Origin: Paraspadella gotoi
Taxonomy: Eukaryota; Animalia; Chaetognatha
Direction: 5' to 3'
Length of the DNA: 64,000 nt
NCBI GenBank assembly: GCA_051294375.1
Contig: CM119269.1
Span: forward strand, 13,766,767-13,830,766
Position 1 is the stretch's first letter. Each line of letters opens with the position of its first letter. Shown here one piece after another: positions 29,121 through 41,799 of the stretch. A program made the position numbers and the translations under genes. The notes under the pieces were generated by a model. The model ran no database searches. It was given only the letters and a program-made list of their open reading frames with translations, and was not told where the DNA came from.

Positions 29121-29557
29121 ATGTATCGTGCGGCTTAGTTGGTGGAGAAGGGCGCTCCACCTACATGCTTTTTTTTTTTAAAATGTTGCCCCCGAATTCC
29201 AAAAATAGGCTAGGAAGGGAGGTCCGAATCGTCCTGCCATCAGCGGTTCAGAGAGGGCTCGAGGGCTTTGATGTAAATCGCCTCTCTGAGAGAGAGAGAG
29301 AAGGAGATATAAAATAAAATAGAGGATGTTTGTTTGTTTTGATAAAATTTAAACAAAACATTTAATAACTGTCCTGACTCAATTTTAAGGACATCGATGA
29401 TGACAAGCTAAATAAAAATTATAATTAATTATTAAAATTAATTAATTAATTAATTAATCGATTAATTAATTAATATCGTAGGCAGATCCGACATTGTTTG
29501 CTCAAACTTGTTTTTTATTTATACTATATATAATACCAAATTGACTTTTTATAATAA

Positions 29558-31550
29558 AACAAGTTTGAGCAAACAATGTTGGATCTGCCCACGATCATTA
29601 TCGGTAATTAATTAATTCAAGTTAATTAATTGTTTAATTGATTAATAATTAATTTATTCAAGTTAATTATTTAAACAATTTGGCAATTAATTAATTAATT
29701 TGATCCGAAATGTTTGTTTTGATTGATTAATCGACTGATTAATTAATTATTGATTAATTAATTGACTAATTGATTAATTACCTGATTAATTATTTGATTA
29801 ATTAATACATCTTGTATTTACATTTAAAAGAAAAAGAAAAAGAAGCATAATCAATTAGTGAAACAGGTTCTTTGTTTTTTCCATTCAAACTCATTTCCAC
29901 TCAAATGATTCTATCGAAACTTGATTTCCAGTTTAATCACACACTTTTCTACGTAAATACAAAATTTCAAGTCAATTGCCCCATCCACTTAAGAGTAATT
30001 GGCATTCCAATATAAAATATATTTTTTTGTTTTTTCCATTTAAACTCTTTTCTACTTGAACAATTTCATCGAAACTTCATATCCAGCTCAATCACACACT
30101 TCCCTACCCATAGACAAAATTTCATTCCAATCCATCCATCCAATCACGAGTAATTGGTATTTTTTGTTAAGGTGGGACGGACGGACGGACATTGTTTTTT
30201 TTTGCATAATTTATCATAATTCGATGTTCTGAAGTGTGTTCCGATAACCGTTAACTGTTAACGGTTATTAACGGTTAAAAATAATTTTAACTTAACCGTT
30301 AATATATTCATTTTAACGGTTAAATTCGGTTAATTTTCAAATGTGATTTTTTTCATATTTTGGTAGAAATCTTTAAATTTAAAAAAAAAACTATTTTTTT
30401 CTGTTCTCTCCTCTCCCCTTCTTACCATATTTTTACCCCTCTCTCTCTTCTCCAATTTTTTCCTGCTTTTTTCCTTTGTTATTTTCTCCTTTTTTCTATC
30501 CTCATCTCTCTCTTATTCTTCTCCCCTTTATTTACCTCCTCCTGTTTCTTTCTTTTTCTTTCTCACTTTTCCCTTTTTCTTTCCCCCTTTCTTTTTTCTC
30601 CTTTTTTCGCCCTTTGCTTTTGCCTTTTTCCTTTTTTTTGCCCTTTCATGCAATAATATGTATTCAATTAGCTAAAAATAAATAATCCCTTCTATTTTAC
30701 TTTTTCTCTCTTTTTCTTTCCCTCTTTAAAATTAACAAAGAAGCAAATGAAATAAAACCGAATGAATGAAAAAAATGAATAAAAAACCAAATAAAAAATT
30801 ATTATAAAAGATTTAAAAATTAATAATAGAAGGAACGAATCTTAAAAAGACATAAAAAAAGAATAATGATGATATACTTTTTAATTAAACTGAAAAATAT
30901 ATTTATTAATCAATAAATATTTTGATCAATCGATAATCAACCAGTCTATCAATAAATTAAAATTTATATTTATATTTATGGTCAATGACCATTGTTCATA
31001 GTTTATGAAAGACTAACAACAGAAAACAAGCGTTTAAGAAACTAACAACTACAAAAATAATGGGGAATAGAAAGAAGTAGAGAAAGAAAAAGAGAAAGCA
31101 AAAGAGAGAAAAGAAAAACAAAATATAGAATTAGAATTTGATGGTATCTTTCGTTTTGTTGTGTTATGATATTAGCAAAAATATTTGTTTTGTTATAACA
31201 ACAATTTTATTTGACATAAGAAATAGACATGTTCGACTCTGTTTCAAGTCTTTATCAGCGCATTCAAGAGCCAGAGTTAAAGAGAAAATACCATTAAATA
31301 CTTTATTTTGTTTTAAATCTTAATATTTTAAATTTAAAGTTAAATTATAAAATTAACCGATCTTAACGGTTAACCGTTAAAAATGTTAGTTTTAACGGTT
31401 AAGCGAATTTCCTAAAAAATTAACGGTTATCGGAACTCTAGTTCTGACATGATATAAGTGAATGCCGACAGAATGACGGGGGCGGACCGACGGACCGACA
31501 AAGTGAATTATAGAGATATAGATATAGATCTGCTTTCAACAGATCCGACT
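29558..31550 (-). mobile_element. DINE-1/HINE-like element containing a nested hAT MITE
   Basis: Termini aacaagtttgagcaaacaatgttggatctgc ... cagatccgact, with a (cgga)n tract at 30176-30190. The empty site ataaaaaattgaataagtgg is present in paralogous introns at about 33730 and 39935. Confidence 0.8.
30234..31440. mobile_element. hAT-type MITE, copy 1
   Basis: TIRs gtgttccgataaccgttaa / ttaacggttatcggaactcta, subterminal ttaacggttaa repeats, and an 8-bp TSD gttctgaa/gttctgac. The empty site is visible in the HINE copy at about 34495-34510. Confidence 0.8.
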
Positions 31551-32119
31551 TAAAATTGAATAAGTGGTAAGTAGTTATATATTCACACATTAAAAGTATA
31601 TTTTTGAAAAGTGAACGAAATGAAAATAGGATGAGTCTGTATCAGATGTGTGGCTACAGAAAAGTAAAAAGTTTTAACAAAACTTGTCCAGAAAATCGAT
31701 CAGTTAAGTTGGACCAAAAAAATGATAAAAATGTCTACGCGTGTAAGCGCTGCTGTAATCACATTTTTAGGCAAATTGAACTTTTGGTCAATATAAATAT
31801 CAAATTGTTTTCTAACAAATGAATGTGATAAAAAGCAGAAAGAATTAAGAGTTTAATAAAGTTTTTTCGTATCACACCAGATTTAAGTCCCTGTACAAAA
31901 CAAAGTAGAATGAATTAAATAACAAACAAAGATAAAAATATCAGTTTTCCCTAATTCCTGCATGAGGAGGCCAGCTCAAAATCTTTTAAAACAATATATT
32001 TGTAAATTTGATTATTTCATACATCACACTGAATTAATTGGAAATAATTGGAACAGTGAGAATTTCTTAAGTACTTATCTCTGTCCTGTGAATTTGATTT
32101 AATTGCCATTCTTCATCAG

Positions 32120-32368
32120 GAAGCTTTACGCGAGATTGTGTGGCCCATTGCAAAAAAAGACATGGTTGCTCACGACAGCTACACTTGTCTTTTATTCAAA
32201 AACAAGCTGAATCGTCCATGGCCAACGCAGCGAATTCCCATAGAATTCCTTCCATATAAAAATGAATCAAACTTTGTTGGCGCCATTTGGTTCCTCTCAT
32301 TAAAAGGCACTGGTGAATGTCCAAAAGAATGCCGACCAAAAAAACATCAGGATTGGCTCATGTGTTAA
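32120..32368 (+). CDS. Terminal exon of glycosyltransferase-like gene, copy A
   Basis: Acceptor catcag|GAA. Open frame EALREIVWPIAKKDMVAHDSYTC...CPKECRPKKHQDWLMC*. Confidence 0.75.
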   Translation, partial: EALREIVWPIAKKDMVAHDSYTCLLFKNKLNRPWPTQRIPIEFLPYKNESNFVGAIWFLSLKGTGECPKECRPKKHQDWLMC

Positions 32369-33376
32369 GTTATATTGAACTATGGGAAGAACAAGAAACT
32401 AAAGCACATAAGTACAAGATAGGATACATGTCCTCTTGTGCCCCCTTAATTTTTTGTATTTGATATAACAATATCAACCAAGATAAAAAAATTAAAAATT
32501 TGTTAGCCCAATTTCTCCATTCTATTTTGTTTAATGAACAATGAACAATGTTCATATTACTTTTTTAATTGAATTAATAATAATTTATTAAATAAATATC
32601 AACCATTTTGTTCTGGCTTAATCATTCAAAACTTGAAATAATAGAATTTAAATATCAAAATTATTAGCTAATTTTTATTAATTTTTCTTCTTTTTAACAC
32701 GGTTCCTTTTTACATCAATTTAATCGGCACTGAGTGAACAAGAATGAGATGTCTCGGGATACGTTTTCTGACTTTTGGGCTACACAAAAAAAGGGTAATA
32801 AAATATTTCCTAATGACAGTTTTTTTAAAAATTAATTTTAAAATTACCTATACAAAATCAATAAAGTAAAATAAAAAAAAATAAAAATGGTTGCAATTTT
32901 TTAAAAATTGAAAGTATTATGCGTTATCCATAATCTATAACCAATTTCATTTTGTTTGAGTCCTTAACCTTTATTTTATGTTTAATAGTTTATTTGTAAA
33001 TAATTTTTCTTTATTAAAATATTCTTTTAACTTTTTTCAAATGTTTTGCGATTACTCCTTCCTTTGTGGTAAGTCTGCAGTGCTTGGCCAGTTCTTGTGG
33101 CATGTTGAACGTGCGGGATAAAATCATCTTCTTCGGCACTGCTACCGTCATCGTTGTTTTAGAGTTTTGGCTTTGTTTTGTTTGGGTCCCGCCAATACGT
33201 CCAGTTGCCCTTGGGTGCCGGAATGGGCGGTATATTTTTCTCGGCGGGGGCGGAGTCAGAGGTGGAGGGTACGGGGTCCATTTGGGATGGCGTGGTCGTT
33301 GTTGTGCACTTTGGCTTCTCGGAGGAGTGGTGAGTCTTGCCCAGAAGTCCTGTCACCACATTGAAGGAAAAACTCA

Positions 33377-33600
33377 TGGATTTTTAAGACGAAATCGAAT
33401 GTGATTTATTCTGAGAATAATAATAGTGATGGTGAGACAAACACAGGAGTCCAGATCAATTCTACTGAAACTAAGGAAAGCTAGGTCTATTTATATCTAG
33501 AGAAGAGGATCAGAGGCAAGAGTGATTTTGACAGTTCCATTGATTCTGCAAGCTGATTGGTTGATGCCATTCTCTCCTTGACCAATCACGATCCAATGAT
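33377..33600 (-). promoter_or_regulatory. Compact Pol II promoter: CCAAT boxes, TATA and TCAGT initiator
   Basis: On the minus strand: CCAAT 33560-33556, TATAAATA 33495-33488, and TCAGT 33468-33464 with the +1 A 29 nt from the TATA start. The ATG at 33377 opens a 72-aa Pro/Thr-rich ORF. Confidence 0.55.
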
Positions 33601-34400
33601 TCGAAATCTGCGGATTTTATCCGATCCTCTGATCCTATTTTGATTCCGGTTCTGATTTATATTTGATTTCCCTTTTGGTGAGGTTGAGTCTCCTGCGATG
33701 TTATATATAATACCAAATTGACTTTTTATCATAAAAAATTGAATAAGTGGTTAGAAGGTATATATTCATACATTAAAAGTATATTTTTGAAAAGTAAACA
33801 CAATGAAAAAAGGATGGACCTGTATCAAATGTGTGGCTGCAGAAAAGTAAAAAGTTTTAACAAAACTCGTCCAGAAAATTGATCGGTAACGTGGGAACAA
33901 AAAAAAGATAAAAATATCTACGCGTGTAAGCGCTGCTGTGATCATATTTTTGGGCAATTTGAACTTTTGGTCAACATAAACATCCAATAGTTTTCTAACA
34001 AATGAATGTTATAAAAACCTATAACCAAAATGAATTAAGAGTTTAATAAAGTATTTTCTTATCAGATTTAAGTCCCTGTACAAAAAAAAGTAGAATGAAT
34101 TGAATAACAAACAATTTTTTGAGACACAGAGTCAAAAAGAAAAATATCAGTTTTCCAATAAAGAATTCCTTAATTTAAAAATATACCTCTGAGGCGCAAT
34201 AAAATGAATCTCCTTAGGTGTCCCCCTTAGGTACAAAGGTTTTTTGGTAGTTTTCTTTTCACCCAGACACTGCCTCTTAGCAACATGAGGAGGCCAGCTC
34301 AAAATCTTTTAAAACAGTTTTGCTGCATATATTTGTAAATTTGATTTTTTCATACTTCACACTGAATTAATTGGAATTAATTGGAACAGTGAGAATTTTT

Positions 34401-35180
34401 AGTCGGATCTGCTTTCAGCAGATCCCGACTCTATAATTCACTTTGTCGGTCCGTTGGTCCGCCCCCTCAATCTTGTCGGGCATTCACTTATATCATGTCA
34501 GAACATCGAATTACGATAAATTATGCTAAAAAAAGATGTCCTCCGTCCATCCATCCGTCCGTCCCACCTTAGCAAAAAATACCAATTACTTGTGATTGGA
34601 TGGATGGATTGGAGTGAAATTTTGTGTGTAGGTAGGGAAGTGTGTGATTGAGCTGGATATGAAGTTTCGATGGAATCATCCGAGTGGAAATGAGTTTAAA
34701 TGGAAAAAAACAAAAAAATATATTTCACTATTTGAACACCAATTACTCATGAGTGGATGGGGCGATTGACTTGAAATTTTGTATTTGGGTAGAAAAGTGT
34801 GTGATTAAACTGGAAATCAAGTTTCGATGGAATCGTTTGAGTGGAGATGAGTTTAAATGGAAAAAACAAAGAATCTGTTTCACGAATTGATTATGCTTCT
34901 TTTTATTTTTATTTTAAATGTAAATGCAAGATGTATTAATTAGTCAAATAATTAATTAGTTAATTAATCAATTAGTCAATTAATTAATCAATAATTAATT
35001 TATCAGTTAGTTATTCATTCAAAACAAACATTTTGGATCAAATTAATTGCATAATTGCATAATTAATTAATTAACTTGAATAAATTAATTATTAATTAAA
35101 TAATTAATTATTTATTAATTAATTAATTAATTACCAATAATGATCGTGGACAGATCCGACATTGTTTGCTCAAACTTGTT
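34401..35180 (+). mobile_element. Complete DINE-1/HINE-like Helentron derivative
   Basis: 5' agtcggatctgctttcagcagatcccgact (subTIR plus inverted repeat), (gtcc/atcc)n tract, 3' subTIR cagatccgac, hairpin gtttg-ct-caaac and cttgtt end. Inserted in a T run with no TSD; the empty site gagaatttcttaagtac is at about 32059 and 40604. Confidence 0.85.
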
Positions 35181-35232
35181 TAAGTACTTATCTCTGTCCT
35201 GTGAATTTGATTTAATTGACCTTCTTTATCAG

Positions 35233-35481
35233 GAAGCTCTACGCGAGATAGTGTGGCCCATTGCAAAAAAAGACATGGTCGCTCATGACAGCTACACTTG
35301 TCTTTTATTCAAAAACAAGCTGAATCGTCCATGGCCAACCCAGCGAATTCCCAGTGAATTCCATCCATATAAAAATGAATCAAACTTTGTTGGCGCCATT
35401 TGGTTGCTCTCGTTAAAAGAAACTGGCGAATGTCCAAAAGAATGCCGACCAAAAAATCATCAGGAGTGGCTCATGTGTTAA
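35233..35481 (+). CDS. Terminal exon of glycosyltransferase-like gene, copy B
   Basis: Acceptor tatcag|GAA. Open frame EALREIVWP...CPKECRPKNHQEWLMC*. No upstream exons within its duplicated unit. Confidence 0.7.
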   Translation, partial: EALREIVWPIAKKDMVAHDSYTCLLFKNKLNRPWPTQRIPSEFHPYKNESNFVGAIWLLSLKETGECPKECRPKNHQEWLMC

Positions 35482-36195
35482 GCAGTATTGAAGTATAGGA
35501 AGAACAAGATAGGATACATGACCTCTTGTGCCCCCTTAATTTTTTGTATTTGATATAAGAATATCCACCAAGATAAAAAAATAAAAATTTGTTCCCTAAA
35601 TTTTTCCATTCTATTTTGTTTAATGAACAATGAACGATGTTCATATTACTTTTTTAATTGATTTAATAATAATTAATTGAATAAATAGCAACCATTTTGT
35701 TCTGGCTTAATCGTTCAAAACGTAAAATTTAAAAAAAATAAAAACAAAGTGAATTATAGAGTCGGGATCTCCTGAAAGCAGATCCGACTAAAAATAATAG
35801 AGAGAATACCCTTGGTAAACCTTAGTTACCCCACTTGCCGATCAAATTTTTAAACGAGGTTTTTTTTCATCTAATCTAGACATAACTATTGGTACTATTT
35901 ATTTTTAATTTTTAATTGTCTTGATGCATGACGCAAAGATCACGTATGTATGCAAGTATAAAATATCAACTTACTATCAAGTATTATATTAACTTTTTAT
36001 GCAGTAATTTTTAAGTGAAGAGCATTTAAAATTAAGTAAGACCAACAGACAGACAGACTGACCATCGGACGGACCGAATAACCAATCAAAAAAAGAAATA
36101 TAGAGTTGCTCTTCAAATACTTGGCACTTACAATTTTCACCAAACAACAAGGAGATTAAAAAAAATGTAATTCCCGTTGTTGAAAACGTTTTATA

Positions 36196-37131
36196 CAAGG
36201 TGACACACGACAGCCCGCCGCTAAAAAAAATTATTTGCAAACTTGTAAAAATTTTTTTCATTTGAAAGATTTTTTCTGTAGTAAAAACCTAAATCATTTA
36301 TATATTCAAATTTCATATTGATTGGTTATGATTTGACTTGGCAATGACAGGGAAAATGTTGCTTTAAAAATCGTCTTTCATTTTAAAACAAATCTTTTTT
36401 TTCAATCTTTTTGTTTAACTTTATGAACATTTTTTAAAGAACGTTTACATAAAACGGTATCAATATTAATATATTCTGAAAGCTCATAAAAATTAGAAGA
36501 AAATGACATATTTAAAAATATTTTAAAATAAAAATAAGTTTCACCAGCTTTAGTTTAATGAAGATAATCCAAATTGAAATAATAAAATCTTAAATTATAT
36601 TTTTTCCAATATCTGATCTATTTTTACTATAATGATCTCACCAATTATTGTTTATATAGGTATCATAAAAAAGCTTAAGAAAAACTAAATTAAAATGGCT
36701 AACAATAATTTAATAATTATTCCAAAACTACTTTTTAAAAAAATTTAATTTAATAATTATCTTAATTTTAATTACCTTTTTTTATTTAAACCTAGATGGG
36801 CTAATTTTTATATTACAGTATTTTTAATTATGTTATTCTCTTCATATTTTTAAGAGCTTTCAGAAGATATTAACATTGATACCTTTTTATATAAATATTT
36901 TTTAAAAAATGTTAAGAAAGTTGGACAAGCAAGTAGTTTTTAAATAAAAAACGATTTTGAAGGCAACTTTTCTTCGCTCATTGCAAAGTCAAATCAAAAC
37001 CAATCAATATAAAATTTGGATATATAAATGATTTAGGTTTTTACTACAAAAAAATCTTTCAGATTAAAAAAGTCTTCACAAGTTTACAAATGACAATTTT
37101 TTTTAGGGGCGGGCTGTCGTGTGTCACCTTG
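36196..37131. mobile_element. Fold-back MITE, Tc1/mariner-type
   Basis: TA-caaggtgacacacgacagcccgcc ... ggcgggctgtcgtgtgtcaccttg-TA. The inverted similarity extends several hundred bp inward. Confidence 0.85.
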
Positions 37132-37775
37132 TATTTTGTCAACAGGTAATAATATATAATATGAAAAAATTAAATAGCATGTGATTAAACAAAAGTTTGT
37201 GTCTGTTTCATACAGAATTTTTAATATCAGTATCTTTTTTATTTTATCAAAAGTAAGTAAATATAGCAGTCAGTATTACTAAAAATAAAAAAGTTATAAA
37301 ATTATTATAATTGAGAAGGATACAACAGACCAGTAGCTATTAAAAACATCATTAACAATTAATTAAAAATTATGTTTATTATGCTAAAAAAAAATTCAAA
37401 GTTATAAATTTTTTCATATATTTAATTTTATAAATTATTTATTTTCTATGTCGAAACATAATCTTAAAAAACTTATTATATTTGTATATATATCAATGTA
37501 AAAAGAAATATTTGCATTTTTATTTTTATTAATACACTTATTTTATACAAAATTTAAATTTAAATAATATATATCAATTCAAAACATTTTTATATAACTT
37601 TTTTAATAAAATTTATTTTATAATATAAAACATAATTTGATTAGTAAAAATTTTGTAATCCTTTCTTTTTTTGTTGTTGTTTTAGTAGATTTAAGAGATA
37701 CGAAAATTTCGTGGAACAACTGTAGTCGGGCATTGCCTAGGTTCACCTCGCCTAGAAGCATATCACTTTAGGTTG

Positions 37776-37990
37776 TGACCCGGAGGCTCATTGAGTAAAG
37801 GTTTCAGTTTATAACCACTAGGTACCGGGTTCAATCCTAACCCTGGTACCAAGAAGCGTGAGGACGGCCGTAAGCCGCCTTGGGGGCATGGCAAACCCTC
37901 AAGCCTGGTTCCAAGCCCAGGGACCCGATCCATGGCTGCTAGAGGGGTTATAGAAGTTACGGACAGTCATCATCAGCCCACGTATCCACA
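37776..37990 (+). mobile_element. tRNA-derived SINE (3' fragment also at about 44078-44175)
   Basis: A-box-like ggctcattgagtaaagg and B-box gggttcaatcc. The body segment caagcctg..caagcccag..ccatggctg..gagggg..cagcccac..tatccacac is repeated at 44078. Confidence 0.6.
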
Positions 37991-38420
37991 CAAAGTTTTT
38001 ATTGTGAATAAAATTTGAGCATGTTTCGACTCCGTGGAATTCGAGTCTTCATCAGCTTTGAAATCACAAACATTCACATTTCCAACTCTCTCTCTTACAA
38101 ACTTAATAAAAACTTTGTTTTTCCACGAAATCTTCATATCTCTTAAAACATAATTTAAAAATTAAACAAGTAAAAACCTAGAACTGATTTAAATTTAATT
38201 TTTATTTTTATAATTTTTTTTAAAAATTGAATTTGAAATATAGTATCATAAATGGTAAGGACACTTTGAACATCTTTGACATTGTTATCTCAGAAATAAG
38301 ATTTAAGAACACAGTTCCCTAAAATATGTAAAAGTTAACTGACTGTACCATTGTGACACACTTTCGTTAGTTTTTGTAGATAATAAATTATTATGAATTT
38401 GAGAGTACTAGTGTCATAAA

Positions 38421-38817
38421 TGTCTGACTTAAACTCTCGTCGTAATCCGTCGATCTTATTTCCCTTTTTTAAAAGGGTTTAAAAATATTAACAATCAATA
38501 TTTTTTTACAAACAATACAGTTCATCGTTATTTCATTACTTTGTTAATCATGATTTCATTCGTTACAGATCGCATTAATGTTAATGAGCCATCGTTGGGG
38601 TTTAGTTTTGGTTTCATATTGGTCTCGCAATCATTTATATGGTTTACGTTGTTTGGATTGAGTGGCTAAGCCGAGCTTACCTGAGAGATCATTGCTATTG
38701 CTTACCGATGCTTGCTCCATTGCTTTCTTCTAGTTCCTGTTCTATAAAGACTCGTTAAACCCTGCAATATTGATACTCTCAGAAGGGTGAGCAAGAGACA
38801 GAAAACCCCACTCATCA
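38421..38817. mobile_element. Solo LTR (397 bp)
   Basis: TG...CA ends with a 5-bp TSD ATAAA (38416-38420 and 38818-38822). The empty site gtgtcataaaaagcgttt is in the paralog at about 13565-13582. Confidence 0.75.
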
Positions 38818-38891
38818 ATAAAAAGCGTTTAATTCTGGCTCACCTCTTACCTAGGAATCATATAATTAGACTGACATTATCTTTTAAAACC

Positions 38892-40914
38892 ATGGAACTA
38901 AAAATAAGCCCTTGGATTGTCATATTTAATTGTGTTATAATTTTTATGATTATGTCTACATACTTGTACAAAACTCGTATTGAAAACTTTTCATTATCAA
39001 TTATATCAAATAATTTTAAAAACCCGGCTATTTCCATAATGGATCCGTTATGTGGCTGCAGAGAAGTAATAAGTTTCAACAAAACGTCTTCAAAAAATCT
39101 ATCAACATGTGGAGTTTCCGCCACCCAACGTGGCCCAGGACAGAAAATCATCTCATATTCCTTTTATGGAATCATGGAAAGCAAGTATTTTAGTGGCATC
39201 ACAGAAAATGTAATGTATGTGAAGACCATGTATCCTGGATATGTGATGCGACTTTACATGAATTGGAAAGCTGCGTCAAAAAATGAAACAACCATTTTAT
39301 GTAAACTCTTTTGTGAAGAACCCATTTTAGACATTTGCGACGTTAACTCTATTAGTAAGGGAAAGTTATTTAATTTGAGTGATTTTGAAAACTTTATTAA
39401 AAAAATTTATCTTTTTTCAGCCCAATACCCAAAGCTAAAAAATAAATTTGGAATGGTTTGGCGATTCACACCAATGACGGATCCACTATGCTTACAGTTC
39501 CACAGTCGTGACTTGGATAATAACATCATTTTGAGAGAAGTGGCAGCTGTGAAGGAATGGAATGCGACTAACTATTCTTTTCATGTGATGAGGGATAACC
39601 CTGCTCACACAACTGAGATTCTAGGAGGCATGTTTGGAATAAGGATAACAGACAAAAATATAAAAATTATGAAAACAGCTTTTGAAAAAATGTTGGTCTA
39701 TGTTGGAAATAGGAAAAACAAAGGGCTAGACCAGGTATGGTAGCACTTTGAATTTGATGGCATAATTAACTAAAATCTTTCTAGCTGTTGCATGTCGACA
39801 TGGCATAAAGACGACTTTGTTATTAAATAAAAGTTATTACAGTAAATAAAATAGGTGTTGGACTATAATTTTTTTTTAAATTATATTATTATTTTTTATT
39901 TATGTTATATATAATACCAAATTGATTTTTTATCATAAAAAATTGAATAAGTGGTTAAAAGTTATGTATTCACACATTAAAAGTATATTTTTGAAAAGTA
40001 AATGAAATGAAAATAGGATGGACCTGTATCAAATGTCTGGCTGCAGAAAAGTAAAAAGTTTTAACAAAACTCGTCCAGAAAATCAATCGGTTAAGTTGGA
40101 ACCATAAAATGATAAAAATGTCTACACGTGTAAGCGCTGCTGTTATCATATTTTTGGGCAATTTGAACTTTTGGTTGACATAGACGTCAAATAGTTTTCT
40201 AACAAATAAATGTGATAAAAACCTATAACCAGAAAGAATTAAAAGTTTAATAAAGTCTTTTCATATCACTCCAGATTTAAGTACCTGTACAAAACAAAGT
40301 AGAAGGAATTGAATAACAAACAATTTTTTGAGAGACTGAGTCAAAGAGAAAAATATCAGTTTTCCAATGAAAAGATACTTCTGAGGCACAATAAAATGAT
40401 TTTCCTTGGGTGTCCCCCTTAGGTACAAAGGTTTTTCGGGACTTTTTCTTTTCACTCAGACACTGCCTCTAAGCAACATGGGGAAGCCAGCTCAAAAGCT
40501 TTTAAAACAGTTTTGCTGGATATATTTGTAAATTTGATTTTTTCATACTTCACACTGAAGGCTTTTACATCACACTGAATTAATTGGAAATAATTGGAAC
40601 AGTGAGAATTTCTTAAGTACTTATCTCTGTCCTGTGAATTTGATTTTATTACCATTCTTTATCAGGAAGCTCTACGCGTGATTGTGTGGCCCATTGCAAA
40701 AAAAGACATGGTCGCTCACGACAGCTACACTTGTCTTACATACAAAAACAAGCTGAATCGTCCATGGCCAACTCAGCGAATTCCCAGAGAATTCCATCCA
40801 TATAAAAATGAAACAAACTTTGTTGGCTCCATTGGGTTGCTCTCGATCAAAGCCGCTGGCGAATGTCCCAAAGAATGCCGACCAAAAAATCATCAGGATT
40901 GGCTCATGTGTTAA
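38892..40914 (+). CDS. Uncharacterised type II membrane glycosyltransferase-like protein (complete, 3 exons)
   Basis: Exons 38892-39354, 39421-39734 and 40666-40914 splice in phase. N-terminal signal anchor WIVIFNCVIIFMIMSTYLY. Motifs KIISYSFYG, YPGYVMRLY, GMVWRF.PM.DP, SRDLD (DxD), FHVMRDNPAH, ILGGMFG, DQ..L...VWP, HDSY.C, RPWPTQR, CPKECRP..H.DW..C. Confidence 0.85.
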
Positions 40915-41799
40915 GCAATATGGGAAGAACAAGAAACTAAAGTACATAAGTACAAGATAGGATACATGATTTCTTGTACCCCCTTAATTTTTTGTATTTG
41001 ATATAAGAATATCCACCAAGATAAAAAAAATAAAAATTTGTTCACTCAATTATTCCGTTCTATTTTATAAAGCAATTAGATGCAAACATTTATAGAAAAA
41101 TAGAAATAGAAAATTAGCAAAATTCGGTGTTAAAGAAAGCTGGTTAAATTGACTATTCTAAGTGAAATATCCTTGTGAAAGAGTTTATAATAAGTTTTAT
41201 CTGAATTGAGCCCTGACTTTTTTTTTGGAAGGCTTAAATATCTGAATTTAAAGTTTAATTGAATGACTCCAATAATTCTGTTTAAAGCCTCGAATTGATT
41301 GAATTTTATACATTGAATTTGAATAACTGGTCTGTCATTTGTTAATAATAACTAGTAGATATTTTGATTTTATTTTCAAAATGTGAACTCTCCTCTCATT
41401 GGTTGTTATAATTTTGTCCTTGTTTATAAAAGGAGAGTAAATTCTTGATTTTTGGGAGATTCTTCTGAGAGCATCAGGTATTAAATGATATTTGTAAAAT
41501 TACTTGAATATGTTAATGAATTTTAAGTTTTAATATAGCTTTGAGCTGCTGCTGCGTTTCGGCTCTGCTGCTGCTGCTGCATCTTGGCTCTGTTGCTTAT
41601 CTGTCATACTGATGCACGTCTCTCAATGACTATTGGATTTTGAATACTTAATAAAGTTATTATTCTACTTTTATCTTTTGATATATGGATTGAGTTAATA
41701 TTAAGTCGAGATTAAGCACTGCTCAAACAATGTTCTCATCTGAAACTGAAACCCCCCCAAGGAATCTTCTTTAATCCTGTTTACATCCATAAAAATATA

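Noticed and set aside
30360-30685. Hydrophobic membrane-protein ORFs (also 59760-60022 and 60992-61450)
   Set aside because: Pyrimidine- or purine-rich low-complexity MITE or intron sequence.
38787-39743. 318-aa single-exon ORF as listed in the track
   Set aside because: It starts at a GTG inside the solo LTR and reads through a 66-nt in-frame intron. The spliced model from ATG 38892 is better supported.
41080-41700. Decayed Penelope/RT coding remnant
   Set aside because: Suggestive composition and a gcgtttcggctc motif, but no protein motif could be reconstructed.
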